Part shown: positions 39,211 through 49,400 of the stretch, one piece after another
Layout of the letters: the number at the start of each line of letters is the position of its first letter
How positions within the stretch are numbered: position 1 is the first letter of the stretch
Source of the DNA: a virus
Lineage: Duplodnaviria > Caudoviricetes
Direction: 5' to 3' (one strand)
IMG/VR virus record: IMGVR_UViG_3300013212_000097
Coordinates: 1,888-65,887 of that record
Length of the DNA stretch: 64,000 nucleotides
Translations under genes and position numbers: made by a program
The notes under the pieces: model-generated
Seen by the model: the letters and a program-made list of their open reading frames with translations, nothing else
Databases searched by the model: none
Told to the model about the DNA's origin: nothing

Positions 39211-41424
39211 ATGTGGTACAAACTTGCGCAAAATGCAGAAAAAGCTTTTGAAACACTTAAAACAAAAGGTGTGAGCCAAGAAAATATTTCCAAGCTTGAA
39301 GAGATGACAGATCTTGCTTTGAGAGGAAAATATATTGGAGCATTAATGCAAAACCCATTAATGCCTTGGAATCAATTGGAAGAAAAATTCACTACTAAAA
39401 AAACCAATAATCTTTCAGTTCAAGAAATGAGATTACTTGGTGAAATAGATACTTTAGTTACAAATTCTAATCTTCCAGAAGATCAACAAGCTAATTTTTA
39501 TAAATGGGTAGATAGAGTAGCAATTCCTTCCTATAGACCAAATCAATTTGATCCAGAAAAGTATATTTATCCTAAGTTTTCTGGTGCATACAATCCAGTG
39601 TTTGAAATAGAAAGAGAAATTAATCATATTTTTGACTGGTATGTTAATCATATTGATCAAAACCCCAGATTTAATATTTTCTCAATGTCTCTTGATAATG
39701 CATTGCAAGCAAGCGACAGATGGCACGAAGAACTTGCAAATCAAACATCTACAAGAACTTTCTCTAAGATAAAGAAAGAAAATGGACAGATTGTAGATCC
39801 TAATGTAGTAAAAGTTTTTGATAGAGATACTCTTGAAAAAATTGGATTACCTGAAAAATATCAAGGCTGGATGATTGTAAAACTTACTGAAGAAAATGAT
39901 TTTGAGATAGAGGCAGATATTATGGGTCACTGCCTAGCAACAAATAATTACTTTTATCAATATGAAAAAGGCTATATTGAAATCTACTCTTTGCGTGATG
40001 AATCTAATCAACCACATGTAACAATTGAAATTGTTTTGCCAGACAAAGTTAAGCAAATACAAGGCAAAGGTGAAAAAAGACCAAAAGATGATTACTTGAA
40101 ATTAGTTCAACAATGGATATATCAAGGAAATTATTATTCAAATGATAGTAGTCATGATCATGAATTGCATTTTAGAACAGGTTTTGATGAAAACAGTGCA
40201 TTAGAATCTATACAAGAATATTTAAATCCATATTTTGATGAAGAATCAACTGACGATTTAGGTGTCCCTTTAAGACCGATTACTGTAGATGAAGATGAAT
40301 TTGTTGAAGAATTTGATATTGACTATTTGATAGATAAAATAGGACAAAAAAGTGGTGGATATTATAATGATCCAGAATTTTACAAATCATCTGAAGAAAT
40401 TAATTATGATGCATTTGAAGAATTAATTTCTTTTATTGGAGAAATGTTCATTCACCACGATATTAATTACTTAAAAGAATATGCAAAAGAAACTCGTCCA
40501 TTAGGTATTAATCAAAAAGAAATCAAAGCTAAGCTTAAAATCGAAGTTGTTAAGGATCACTTAATGACTTATATTAATGAAGAATTAGAGCAGATTACTT
40601 ACCCACAAAGTAGAAAATTCAGAGAAGAAGATTTAGGTCCTGCAAGATCTTTTAACTTTAAAGATAAAAATCCAGGAGAAATAGACGAAATAGCAATGTC
40701 GTCATATCGTAGAGAACCTAAACGTGGTAGAGCTAAATTTGATGAAGATGGTGAAAGAATACTTAAACAATATAATGGAATCTACGATGTATATTCAGTT
40801 TACTTTGCAGATGAGTTGTATGAGTATATGTTAAAAAATCTTCCATCTGAGTTTTATGGATTAGCTAATAAAATCGGATTGAATTTAGATTTATCACCTG
40901 TTACCCCAAGTTCTGTTGTGGAATTTAACAATGAATACAGAGACTTCTACCAAGGAAGAAATAGACAGTTAGAATTATTTGATTCTAACTCTAATGTATC
41001 TCCCGAAAAATGGATTTATGCCTTTAATCATAAAAAGTTTAGATTAGCAACATTACAAGACGAGGGACTGTCTGATTTTGGCTACAATGATTTATTCAAA
41101 CCTTCTAAAGATATATCTAACAAACAAATATTAGAAAATATCAAAGATTTTTATATTAGCAAGTGCTTGCAAACAATTAAATCTGAAGGACCTGATCCTG
41201 ATTATGTTGGCAATTATTTTGCAGACATAACTGAAGAACTGCATTTAATGTGGGAAGAATATATAGACGACATAAAAAAAGGCGATATTACTTCTTTGAA
41301 GAATGTTATTGAAATTGCTTTAAGCTACGAATCAACACTTTCCAAAGACTCAAATGAATATGAAAAATTGTCTGAAATGATTTCATCAGGCAACATAGCA
41401 GTAGTGATAAAGAGAGATTTATAA
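39211..41424 (+). CDS. MWY-tagged PcfJ-like protein, tandem paralog with C-terminal extension
   Basis: Colinear with 37384..39204; same motifs. Confidence 0.7.
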   Translation: MWYKLAQNAEKAFETLKTKGVSQENISKLEEMTDLALRGKYIGALMQNPLMPWNQLEEKFTTKKTNNLSVQEMRLLGEIDTLVTNSNLPEDQQANFYKWVDRVAIPSYRPNQFDPEKYIYPKFSGAYNPVFEIEREINHIFDWYVNHIDQNPRFNIFSMSLDNALQASDRWHEELANQTSTRTFSKIKKENGQIVDPNVVKVFDRDTLEKIGLPEKYQGWMIVKLTEENDFEIEADIMGHCLATNNYFYQYEKGYIEIYSLRDESNQPHVTIEIVLPDKVKQIQGKGEKRPKDDYLKLVQQWIYQGNYYSNDSSHDHELHFRTGFDENSALESIQEYLNPYFDEESTDDLGVPLRPITVDEDEFVEEFDIDYLIDKIGQKSGGYYNDPEFYKSSEEINYDAFEELISFIGEMFIHHDINYLKEYAKETRPLGINQKEIKAKLKIEVVKDHLMTYINEELEQITYPQSRKFREEDLGPARSFNFKDKNPGEIDEIAMSSYRREPKRGRAKFDEDGERILKQYNGIYDVYSVYFADELYEYMLKNLPSEFYGLANKIGLNLDLSPVTPSSVVEFNNEYRDFYQGRNRQLELFDSNSNVSPEKWIYAFNHKKFRLATLQDEGLSDFGYNDLFKPSKDISNKQILENIKDFYISKCLQTIKSEGPDPDYVGNYFADITEELHLMWEEYIDDIKKGDITSLKNVIEIALSYESTLSKDSNEYEKLSEMISSGNIAVVIKRDL

Positions 41425-42224
41425 TGTGGTACAAATTAGCTATCACTAAAGTTGATCCTTCTGGTCAAATCAACATGGATTTCTCTGGTAAAAACAACTA
41501 CCCAGTAAACCCTGGAGAAAAACCAAAGCCTTTTGATTTGAATAATCTTAAGTTTGAGGTTGTTCAGGAAGATCCAATTGAATATCCAGAAGAATATACT
41601 TTGTATGCCTTGTTAAATGATGGAAGAAAATTAGGTTACATTTATTTTGAAGCTCCTGATAATTCTGATACAGCTGACATAAAATACACATCAATTTACG
41701 AATATCCTACATCTTTAGGCAAAGAAAAATGGGAAAAGCCTGTAAATCCAGAAGATAAAACTAAATCTCAATTTGTTGAAGAATTAAAAAATGCTGGTTA
41801 CTTAGTTGATGATTCTTCAGTTACTAGAACTGATTGGGGTATTGGGAAAACATTGTATCAAGAATTGAAAAAATTTCTTCAGGAAAACAAACCAAACATA
41901 AAATTTGTCACTGGAAAAGTTCATTCCAAAGAAGCATTTTGGGCAAGATATAAAGGACTTGGTTTTCCAGTAGAAGCTTTAGATCCCTATCAATCTTATA
42001 ATAAAGAAATTAATGAAAAACATTCTTATTTGTCTGAAGAAGAAAAACTTAAGATGATCAGAAATATGGCTAATGAATTAGGAAGTTCTTCATTTGATTC
42101 AAGTGGACGTTCAGATGCGCCAAAATGGGAATTTAATGTTAAGAATAAGATTGAAAATTTACCATCTGAAAAAGAAATAAATATTGATTCCGAAAATCTT
42201 TCTTTATTCGACGAGGCAAAGTAA
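41424..42224 (+). CDS. MWY-tagged protein, possible GNAT-like fold
   Basis: LGYIYF...ADIKY...RTDWGIGKTLYQEL resembles acetyl-CoA motif A. Confidence 0.45.
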   Translation: MWYKLAITKVDPSGQINMDFSGKNNYPVNPGEKPKPFDLNNLKFEVVQEDPIEYPEEYTLYALLNDGRKLGYIYFEAPDNSDTADIKYTSIYEYPTSLGKEKWEKPVNPEDKTKSQFVEELKNAGYLVDDSSVTRTDWGIGKTLYQELKKFLQENKPNIKFVTGKVHSKEAFWARYKGLGFPVEALDPYQSYNKEINEKHSYLSEEEKLKMIRNMANELGSSSFDSSGRSDAPKWEFNVKNKIENLPSEKEINIDSENLSLFDEAK

Positions 42225-43855
42225 TGTGGTACAGATTTGCAGGTTTACAAGACGAAGTAGAAAAGTTACGCATTCAAGGCATAAATGAACTTATTTTAGC
42301 CTTATTTTCGGATCCAAAATATGATAATGCGTCTAAAGGTAAAATGCTAGGTGCTATCAAGCAAAATCCAAATATTTCAATAGAAGAATTAAGAAATCTT
42401 TCTATGCAAAACAAACCAACAAAAGGAGAGCAATTTATTTTAGCTCGTTTTGAAAATGAAAGATTCAAAAACTGGTTTTTTCATAAATTGAAAAGTTGGA
42501 GAATTCAACCTGCAAAACCTGATGGAGAATATGATCACAACACTCCAAAAGAAAACCTTGGAGAACATGCAAATTTTACAGAACTAGCTATCCACATGCA
42601 AGATTTTGTAAATAATATTGAAATTAATGATCCCGATTATAATTTAGGTTTAAGATCTTGGGAGGAAGTAGTTCAAGATACAGATCAATGGGAATCAATG
42701 TTGCAAGGTAGAGGCTCAAGTAAATTTTATAATCCAGCTGACAGAAATGAAATAATGAAATACCCAGATGGCTGGAGTATGGTAGAAGTGATTTCTGAAA
42801 ATGATTTAGACGTAGAAGGCGCAAAAATGCACCACTGTGTTGCTGGGTATTGGGAACAAGTAAGAAAAGGCAACACTAATATTTATTCCTTGAGAGACCC
42901 TGGAAATCAACCACATGTAACAATAGAAGTGGTTGGTGATAAAGTAAAACAAGTCAAAGGGCATAATAATAAAAAAATTACAGAAGATGATTTAGTAGAA
43001 AAAATTAAAGAGTTCTTTGAAAGCCAGGATGATATTGAAAAAGATATCAGACATAATCCAATAGAGGGTCATTTTGAAAATTGGGAAGATGGAATATATT
43101 GGACTTATGACCCAACTGAAATAGATTACAATATTCACAGATCTACATATGGTCCAGAAGAATATGAATTTGATGATCTCGATGATGATGGTCCTGAAGA
43201 TTTTAACATATTTGGTATCAATTCACCAGTATTTTCATATAAAAAATTCAGTGAAGGAAATTTATATCAGGCTAGTATGACAGATATTACAACTAATGTT
43301 GTAGATTCGATTAACAATGGTTTAAGTAAAAACAGAAGCGCATATAATTATGGGGATAGAAAAGAATATACTATCGAAGATTATGATTTAGACGATTACT
43401 CTGATAAAATATACGAAGGATTAGTGGCTAAAGCTAATTTAGCCTTAACACAACGTCCAATGGCTCATGATTTTGGAAAATATTTGGATGCTAGACATTT
43501 TCTTGAAGTGTCTACAAAAGAATATGAAAGCATGAAAGAAAAATATCAAGAAGATTCACCTGCTGAAGATTTTGCAACATGGTATCAAAATCAACCTGAA
43601 TTTTTGTGGTTCATTATTGCAGAAAAAATTCAAGAATGGTTTGAAAAGAGTGATTTTGCATTTAAATTCAAAGACATAAGAGGCGAAGAGTTTAAATTGC
43701 CTTCTGGATATAAAAAATGGTGGTATGGCGGAGAAGAATCGGAAAATATCACTCCTTTCATCAATACTAAGGAAATTAGAGAAACAGTGTTAAAAGATGA
43801 TGAAAAATTTGCATCATACAATAATAATAATTACAGAAAAAATTGGGTAAAGTGA
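42224..43855 (+). CDS. MWY-tagged PcfJ-like domain protein
   Basis: EGAKMHHCV...IYSLRD..NQPHVTIEV...QVKG..N. Confidence 0.7.
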   Translation: MWYRFAGLQDEVEKLRIQGINELILALFSDPKYDNASKGKMLGAIKQNPNISIEELRNLSMQNKPTKGEQFILARFENERFKNWFFHKLKSWRIQPAKPDGEYDHNTPKENLGEHANFTELAIHMQDFVNNIEINDPDYNLGLRSWEEVVQDTDQWESMLQGRGSSKFYNPADRNEIMKYPDGWSMVEVISENDLDVEGAKMHHCVAGYWEQVRKGNTNIYSLRDPGNQPHVTIEVVGDKVKQVKGHNNKKITEDDLVEKIKEFFESQDDIEKDIRHNPIEGHFENWEDGIYWTYDPTEIDYNIHRSTYGPEEYEFDDLDDDGPEDFNIFGINSPVFSYKKFSEGNLYQASMTDITTNVVDSINNGLSKNRSAYNYGDRKEYTIEDYDLDDYSDKIYEGLVAKANLALTQRPMAHDFGKYLDARHFLEVSTKEYESMKEKYQEDSPAEDFATWYQNQPEFLWFIIAEKIQEWFEKSDFAFKFKDIRGEEFKLPSGYKKWWYGGEESENITPFINTKEIRETVLKDDEKFASYNNNNYRKNWVK

Positions 43856-43859
43856 TAAA

Positions 43860-46202
43860 TTAATATTCGTTATCATCAAAATCCATAAACATCATGTATT
43901 TTTCTTCAATATAATCTTGTACTGGTTCGCCTAATAATCTTCTGCTAAATTCTTCTTTAATGTCTCTAAATTGCGCCATAGTAACTGTTGAATTAATTCC
44001 AAGATCATCAGCTTCCATATTGTGAAATTTATCAGCAGGTCTCATACTTAAGAGTTGCATTGCTTTTTGTCTTGTTATTGTGGCATTAGGATCAACTGGC
44101 AATGCTGGCGCTGGCTGAATCTTTCTTTGAACAGGATAAAGTCCAGGGAATCTCTTTTTCAAAACTGCCTGTAAGTTTTCGTTAGCAATTGCTTTTAGAA
44201 CTTGTGTCTTGTTATCTCTGGCATAAGCATATGCATCAGGATTGCTAGCTATAGCATTTTTTTGATCTTCAGATGCATCTTGAGCAAATTCAATTGTGAA
44301 TTTGTCAGATTTGATAAGCATATGAACGAATGTTTCTTCATTCATCAAACTAGCAGGTATTTCCAGTATTGAGTTTACATTCTCAATAATAATCTCAAAT
44401 ACTCCTTCAAGACCTAATTCTCCAGAAGCATCTATAACTTCTCTAGGTAAATCATTAATGACATATGATTCTGATAAAAGACCTTGAGCATACAATTGAA
44501 AAGCTATGTTGAAATCATAACTATCATAAGGATCATCTGACATTGCAGCAACAACTGTACCAAACTGATTGATTCTTTCATTTTCTTCTATGTCAGATCC
44601 ATAGTTATAAACATTGAATTCATCATCAGTATTGTATTTACCACCTAATACTTTTACTGATATAAGATTGTTCTTGATACATTCAAAAACAAAATCAGGT
44701 GTCAACACTTCTTTCGTGAGATATAAAGGCTTTTCTATTTTGTATTCATTTGACAATATAGATTCTTGCACTTTTTGTATTGCTTCCTGAATATCAATTT
44801 TGCCTATGATAGCCTTTTCAAAGAAATCTAAATCCATTTCTTGTTTTGCAAAAGCATCAATAATACTATCAGTGTCAAATAAAGATTGGAATTTTTCTCT
44901 TGCAATTTCACTGAAAGATGGCATAAGATTTTGAAGTTCATCTATACTAAATAATTCAAAAAATCTATAATCAAAAGTAAAGTCTGAAGTGAATATTTTC
45001 TCTGAAATAAACTTTTTGGCATATTCTTTCATCTCTGGATTAATATCAAAATTAGAAATGCCAAGTCTTGGAAAATTGCCAACAAAACTTTGAATATATC
45101 TTCCCAGCACTGTGTAAACTTTGTATTTTACAATCTCATCAAAATCTTCTTGGTTAAAACCTGAACTTACAGAGCCTAATAGTTTATTTCTAATTCTATT
45201 TTTATTTAATGCAGGGTCTTTTTTAATAACTGCTACTATTTCAGCTGGTAAATATGTATTTGATGAAATAAGATTTAATAAATCACCAAATACATTTTTT
45301 CTTTCGTACATGAACATAAATTGTGCAAATGTAAGATCATGCATTCTAAGAACGTATGCTTCTTTGTCACTGTACGAGAGATCCATAAACCAAGATAAAC
45401 TTTTGTTTTGCTTTGAAAATCTTCTTTTGTTATCATCTTCTTCTGGTGACAATGGTCTAGGAGCAAAATCTTCTTTTTTAATTTCGCCACCAGAAACATC
45501 ACTCAAATATTGGAAATAACCATCAATACTTTTTCCATAATTTTTACCATTGACAACTAAATTAGCCATCAATTTATCACCAGTCTCATTTATTTCATCA
45601 GTGATTTGAATGCCTGCTGGTCTTACGTCAATTGCAACTTTTCTAAATGGATAACTTCTATTAGGATCTTCAACTATGTAAAAATTACTAGATTCATCGT
45701 ATCTGTATTTTAAGAACATTCCAGTGGAACGATCACCAATACACCATGATGTGCCTACACAAGTTTTTTCAGATTCATCATAAGTTTTTGGATTGAATAT
45801 TTTGATTTTTTCATTAGTTATGACAGGCTCCAAATCTTGAGTGGCTGCCATATCTTTTTTAGGTTTTAATTGAGAATCTAAATAATCTACATGTTCAACA
45901 ATAGCCTCAAAATCATCAAAATCAACTTCATCAAAAGCAGATTTTATTTCAAGAGAATTTTTTGAAACTTTTGTGGTAATAACATTTTTTTGTTTTAAAT
46001 TAAATAATTTTTCAGATAAATGTGAAAGAGCTAAAGTTGTTTCAATAGAATCTCTGTTATCTGCAACAATATAACAATATGCAAGTTCTAATTGAATGTT
46101 GGTTGGCGCATTTTCAATTACTTCTGGAACAGGCAAAGGAGAAAGAAATTTTTGAATTTGAGCAGAGGCAGATACGATTATTTTTGAAAACTTATACCAC
46201 AT
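43860..46202 (-). CDS. MWY-tagged large hypothetical protein
   Basis: MWYKFS start; GTSWCIG block. Confidence 0.7.
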   Translation of the reverse strand: MWYKFSKIIVSASAQIQKFLSPLPVPEVIENAPTNIQLELAYCYIVADNRDSIETTLALSHLSEKLFNLKQKNVITTKVSKNSLEIKSAFDEVDFDDFEAIVEHVDYLDSQLKPKKDMAATQDLEPVITNEKIKIFNPKTYDESEKTCVGTSWCIGDRSTGMFLKYRYDESSNFYIVEDPNRSYPFRKVAIDVRPAGIQITDEINETGDKLMANLVVNGKNYGKSIDGYFQYLSDVSGGEIKKEDFAPRPLSPEEDDNKRRFSKQNKSLSWFMDLSYSDKEAYVLRMHDLTFAQFMFMYERKNVFGDLLNLISSNTYLPAEIVAVIKKDPALNKNRIRNKLLGSVSSGFNQEDFDEIVKYKVYTVLGRYIQSFVGNFPRLGISNFDINPEMKEYAKKFISEKIFTSDFTFDYRFFELFSIDELQNLMPSFSEIAREKFQSLFDTDSIIDAFAKQEMDLDFFEKAIIGKIDIQEAIQKVQESILSNEYKIEKPLYLTKEVLTPDFVFECIKNNLISVKVLGGKYNTDDEFNVYNYGSDIEENERINQFGTVVAAMSDDPYDSYDFNIAFQLYAQGLLSESYVINDLPREVIDASGELGLEGVFEIIIENVNSILEIPASLMNEETFVHMLIKSDKFTIEFAQDASEDQKNAIASNPDAYAYARDNKTQVLKAIANENLQAVLKKRFPGLYPVQRKIQPAPALPVDPNATITRQKAMQLLSMRPADKFHNMEADDLGINSTVTMAQFRDIKEEFSRRLLGEPVQDYIEEKYMMFMDFDDNEY

Positions 46203-46210
46203 GATATGTT

Positions 46211-46594
46211 TTATTCTACAGGTTCATAGGAAATTCTTACCAAAGGATCTCCTGATATATACAAATATCTTACATGAACATTTTCAATATATCTTGATGT
46301 ATCATCTGGAAATATTTCAGCTCTCACTAAAAGATCAATTAATGGCTTGGCTAAATTATCAATATCATTTTTTTGTCTCCATAAATGATTAGCCATCACA
46401 AGCAATTCAACATTTACTGGAAACTGTTTAGCAGGCAACATATCCTGGATTACAACTGGGAGATTTTTGTCAATCCATGCATTATATTTTCTAGATTTCA
46501 CCATTTTTCCACGAGCAATTGGAACATACATTTGATTTGCAGAAAAAGGTTTATTTACAATGCACGATGTCTTTTGCATCATGAATTTATACAA
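46211..46594 (-). CDS. rusA: RusA family resolvase
   Basis: PFSANQMY, DIDNLAK..IDLL, PDD. Confidence 0.88.
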   Translation of the reverse strand: MYKFMMQKTSCIVNKPFSANQMYVPIARGKMVKSRKYNAWIDKNLPVVIQDMLPAKQFPVNVELLVMANHLWRQKNDIDNLAKPLIDLLVRAEIFPDDTSRYIENVHVRYLYISGDPLVRISYEPVE

Positions 46595-46641
46595 GTCAAA
46601 TGCAGAATTTATTTTTCTTGAAAAAAAAGATATAATAGATT

Positions 46642-47010
46642 ATGCAAGACAAAAGTTATTGGTTATTTTATGTTTTTGTAGAATGTATGATTTACAACAA
46701 TAGATCATTTTGCGAAGATGATTTCAAAGCATTATTAGATTCTCAAAGATTAAGTCAAATAAAAATGAACTTCAATGATGAAGTTAAAGACTTTGTAGAT
46801 GAATGTAAAATATTAGATGATATAGATTATGAACTTAACAAAAACAATTACTGGATGCCAAAAAATAACATTATAAATCACGACTATAATTTGAAAACTA
46901 TTATTCAAGATTTGCGACTGGATTTAGAGTTAGAACATGCAAATAATGATTTTTATGATTCTTCTTGCGATATAGTGCAAAAAATAAACAACTATTTACA
47001 TTTTCTATAA
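46642..47010 (+). CDS. Hypothetical protein
   Basis: TATAAT just upstream of ATG. Confidence 0.6.
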   Translation: MQDKSYWLFYVFVECMIYNNRSFCEDDFKALLDSQRLSQIKMNFNDEVKDFVDECKILDDIDYELNKNNYWMPKNNIINHDYNLKTIIQDLRLDLELEHANNDFYDSSCDIVQKINNYLHFL

Positions 47011-47057
47011 ACCCTTGAATAAAGGGTTTTTCTTTTTAACATGCAAAAAATATATGT

Positions 47058-47804
47058 ATGTGGTACAGAACAGTTATAGCTCAAATATCTGATGTTGATC
47101 AATTTAATTTAGATGCTGAGAAATATAATAAAATGCTTGAGGAAAAAGCAAAAAAAACTCAACCTAAAAAAACAACAAAACCTGTAATAAAACCTGTCAC
47201 TAAACCAGAATTAACAACTGAACCTATAAGCCCAAAACCCAAACCTGTAGCGCCAAAACCAATTGCGCCAACCTCTAATCCTTCAAAACCAAACAACTTC
47301 AAAAATATAATAAATAACTTAGTAGAACTTGAAGGCGGAAAATCCAATTTATCTTATGATAAAGGCGGTAAAACAAATTTAGGTATCACACAATATACCT
47401 ATAACAATTGGAATAAAAAACACAATAAACCACTTAAAGATGTTTATAAGATAACAAGACAAGAAGCAGATCAAATTTACAAAGAAGAATATTGGAACAT
47501 TATAAAAGGTGACCAACTACCACCAAATGTTGCGCACATTATGCTTTCACAAGCTCTTCTTGATGGTCCACAAGATTCAATAAGACTTGTACAAAAATTA
47601 TTAGGTTTAAAAGTGGATGGAATTATGGGTTCTGACACTTTAAACAAAATAAAAAGACTCACTGTCAACGGAGACATAAAACTAGCCAAAGCAATAGCAA
47701 ATAAACAAATTTATAGACTAAAAACTGATGAAGATGCTGATAAATTTGGTAAAGGCTGGAATAATAGAGTTCAAAAAGTAATGAAAAAATTTAAAGGAAA
47801 ATAA
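47058..47804 (+). CDS. MWY-tagged GH108 lysozyme
   Basis: EGG.SN...DKGG.TN.GIT, IYK..YW, VDGIMG..T, F..GW.NRV; Pro/Lys linker. Confidence 0.88.
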   Translation: MWYRTVIAQISDVDQFNLDAEKYNKMLEEKAKKTQPKKTTKPVIKPVTKPELTTEPISPKPKPVAPKPIAPTSNPSKPNNFKNIINNLVELEGGKSNLSYDKGGKTNLGITQYTYNNWNKKHNKPLKDVYKITRQEADQIYKEEYWNIIKGDQLPPNVAHIMLSQALLDGPQDSIRLVQKLLGLKVDGIMGSDTLNKIKRLTVNGDIKLAKAIANKQIYRLKTDEDADKFGKGWNNRVQKVMKKFKGK

Positions 47805-47978
47805 ATGGATAAAAGAAAATCTTTATTATCGCCTGAGCAAGAAAAACTCTTGTCTAAATTTCAAAATAATCTTGGTGATAAATCTGCATCGCTAGAAAAT
47901 AATCAGAATACAAATAAAAAAGCAAATTCTAATGGAATGAAACCTAACATTAGAAGAAGCGGCAGTAGAGGGAAATAA
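47805..47978 (+). CDS. Small basic protein (57 aa, not in the ORF track)
   Basis: MDKRKSLLSPEQEKLL...IRRSGSRGK. Confidence 0.55.
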   Translation: MDKRKSLLSPEQEKLLSKFQNNLGDKSASLENNQNTNKKANSNGMKPNIRRSGSRGK

Positions 47979-47986
47979 TTTTTAAA

Positions 47987-48958
47987 ATGCAAATCTATGG
48001 AAAATTTTCACAACTAATTATAGAAGCATATAGAAATCCAAATTTTAGATTTGCTGAAGAACCTTCGCCTGAACCAGAGCCAGAAATAGTAGCACCTACA
48101 GCGTTAAATTATCCTGGTTTGTTTGCAAGAATGCAAAGTTTAGAAGATGATAAAAAACTTAGCATCTATATGAATTTAAAAAGAGCACAGACAAAATTAA
48201 AACTAAAATATAATATTGATTCACTATTACCAATAAAATTAGATTCAACTAAATCTCCAGCTGAATATAGTGACAATTCAAATTCCAACACTGATGAAAA
48301 AATACAAACATATTTTTATAGAGTGTTTGCATATTTAGTTGATTATTTTGAAAATGAAGCTTCATCTGCTCCTACAAGTGAATCTACATCGTCATCAGAA
48401 TCAGAAGAGTCAAATCCATTTGCAGTGACTGATCCATCAACTGATTCAAGTTCTAGTGAAACATCAGCTACAACCGAAACTACATCAAGTGGCGAAACAA
48501 CATCTACAACTAGTTCAGATACATCGGAAGAACTTGCTGAGAATATCCCACCAATTACAATTAAAGTAAGTGGTAAAGAATATTCGCCAGCCAAATCTAT
48601 CACACTTGTTAAAAGAGTAAATTTAATTGGCAGTAATCGAAATAGTGCTATAGTCTTAGATGATGATTCCGTCACTGATTATAATTGCTTCATCCAATTT
48701 GAAAATGAAAAATGGAAATTATCGAAATTTAATGATTCATATTTAACTATAAACGGAAATATTGTTGATGAATTCTTTGAGTTGAACGTTGGCGATTATT
48801 TTGTTCCAGGCACTAAGGAGACATATATATTATCGGTGGAGAGGATAGGAACTGATAGTGGTGGATTCTCTGGTGAAAGTGCACCAAGTAGTGGTGGATT
48901 CTTTGGTGATGGTGGTGGAAGCGGTGGTGGCTTTGGTGGTAGAAGAAGATCATTATAA
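47987..48958 (+). CDS. FHA-like domain protein with Ser/Thr linker and Gly tail
   Basis: LIGS...IVLDD.SV...C.I...W...INGN; phosphothreonine-binding residues degenerate. Confidence 0.55.
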   Translation: MQIYGKFSQLIIEAYRNPNFRFAEEPSPEPEPEIVAPTALNYPGLFARMQSLEDDKKLSIYMNLKRAQTKLKLKYNIDSLLPIKLDSTKSPAEYSDNSNSNTDEKIQTYFYRVFAYLVDYFENEASSAPTSESTSSSESEESNPFAVTDPSTDSSSSETSATTETTSSGETTSTTSSDTSEELAENIPPITIKVSGKEYSPAKSITLVKRVNLIGSNRNSAIVLDDDSVTDYNCFIQFENEKWKLSKFNDSYLTINGNIVDEFFELNVGDYFVPGTKETYILSVERIGTDSGGFSGESAPSSGGFFGDGGGSGGGFGGRRRSL

Positions 48959-48985
48959 AGGTATAATAATATTGAGGTAAAAAAA

Positions 48986-49333
48986 ATGAAAATCTTAATC
49001 CCTTTTGTCGTATTACTTAACGCAACAACAGTTCATTCAGTAATTAAGTTTGAACAATTCAAATTTTCTGGAGCTAAATATTTTACACTTACTGGCACAA
49101 ACAGAGTGGATCATGTTTACGACAGATTAAGAGATGTTCTTTCATCCGATGCTAAATCTGATCATGTCTCAACTAAGAAAGTCAATGGAGCCTGGTGCGT
49201 GACAGTGAAAGATAATGTATTTGTAACTGTTACTTCTACAGACTCAATGTTCCATAAAACAGCACCAAAGAAACTTGCTGAAACTTGGGCTTTCAATCTT
49301 AAGTCTAATCTTGATTCTGTAAAACCAAGATAA
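48986..49333 (+). CDS. Putative exported small protein
   Basis: Signal-like N-terminus; GAGG RBS. Confidence 0.6.
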   Translation: MKILIPFVVLLNATTVHSVIKFEQFKFSGAKYFTLTGTNRVDHVYDRLRDVLSSDAKSDHVSTKKVNGAWCVTVKDNVFVTVTSTDSMFHKTAPKKLAETWAFNLKSNLDSVKPR

Positions 49334-49400
49334 TCTCGGACTGGTTAACAAAAAAAAGATGCGCTGTTTTGGCGCATCTTTTTTTATGTCTAACCATTCC

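Noticed and set aside
37384-41424. Diversity-generating retroelement template/variable repeat pair
   Set aside because: Differences are spread throughout and not adenine-specific; no reverse transcriptase in the window.
45121-45519. Short ORFs nested antisense in long genes (also 2282, 15359, 48343, 56341, 58702)
   Set aside because: Shadows of better-supported genes, with no independent expression signals.
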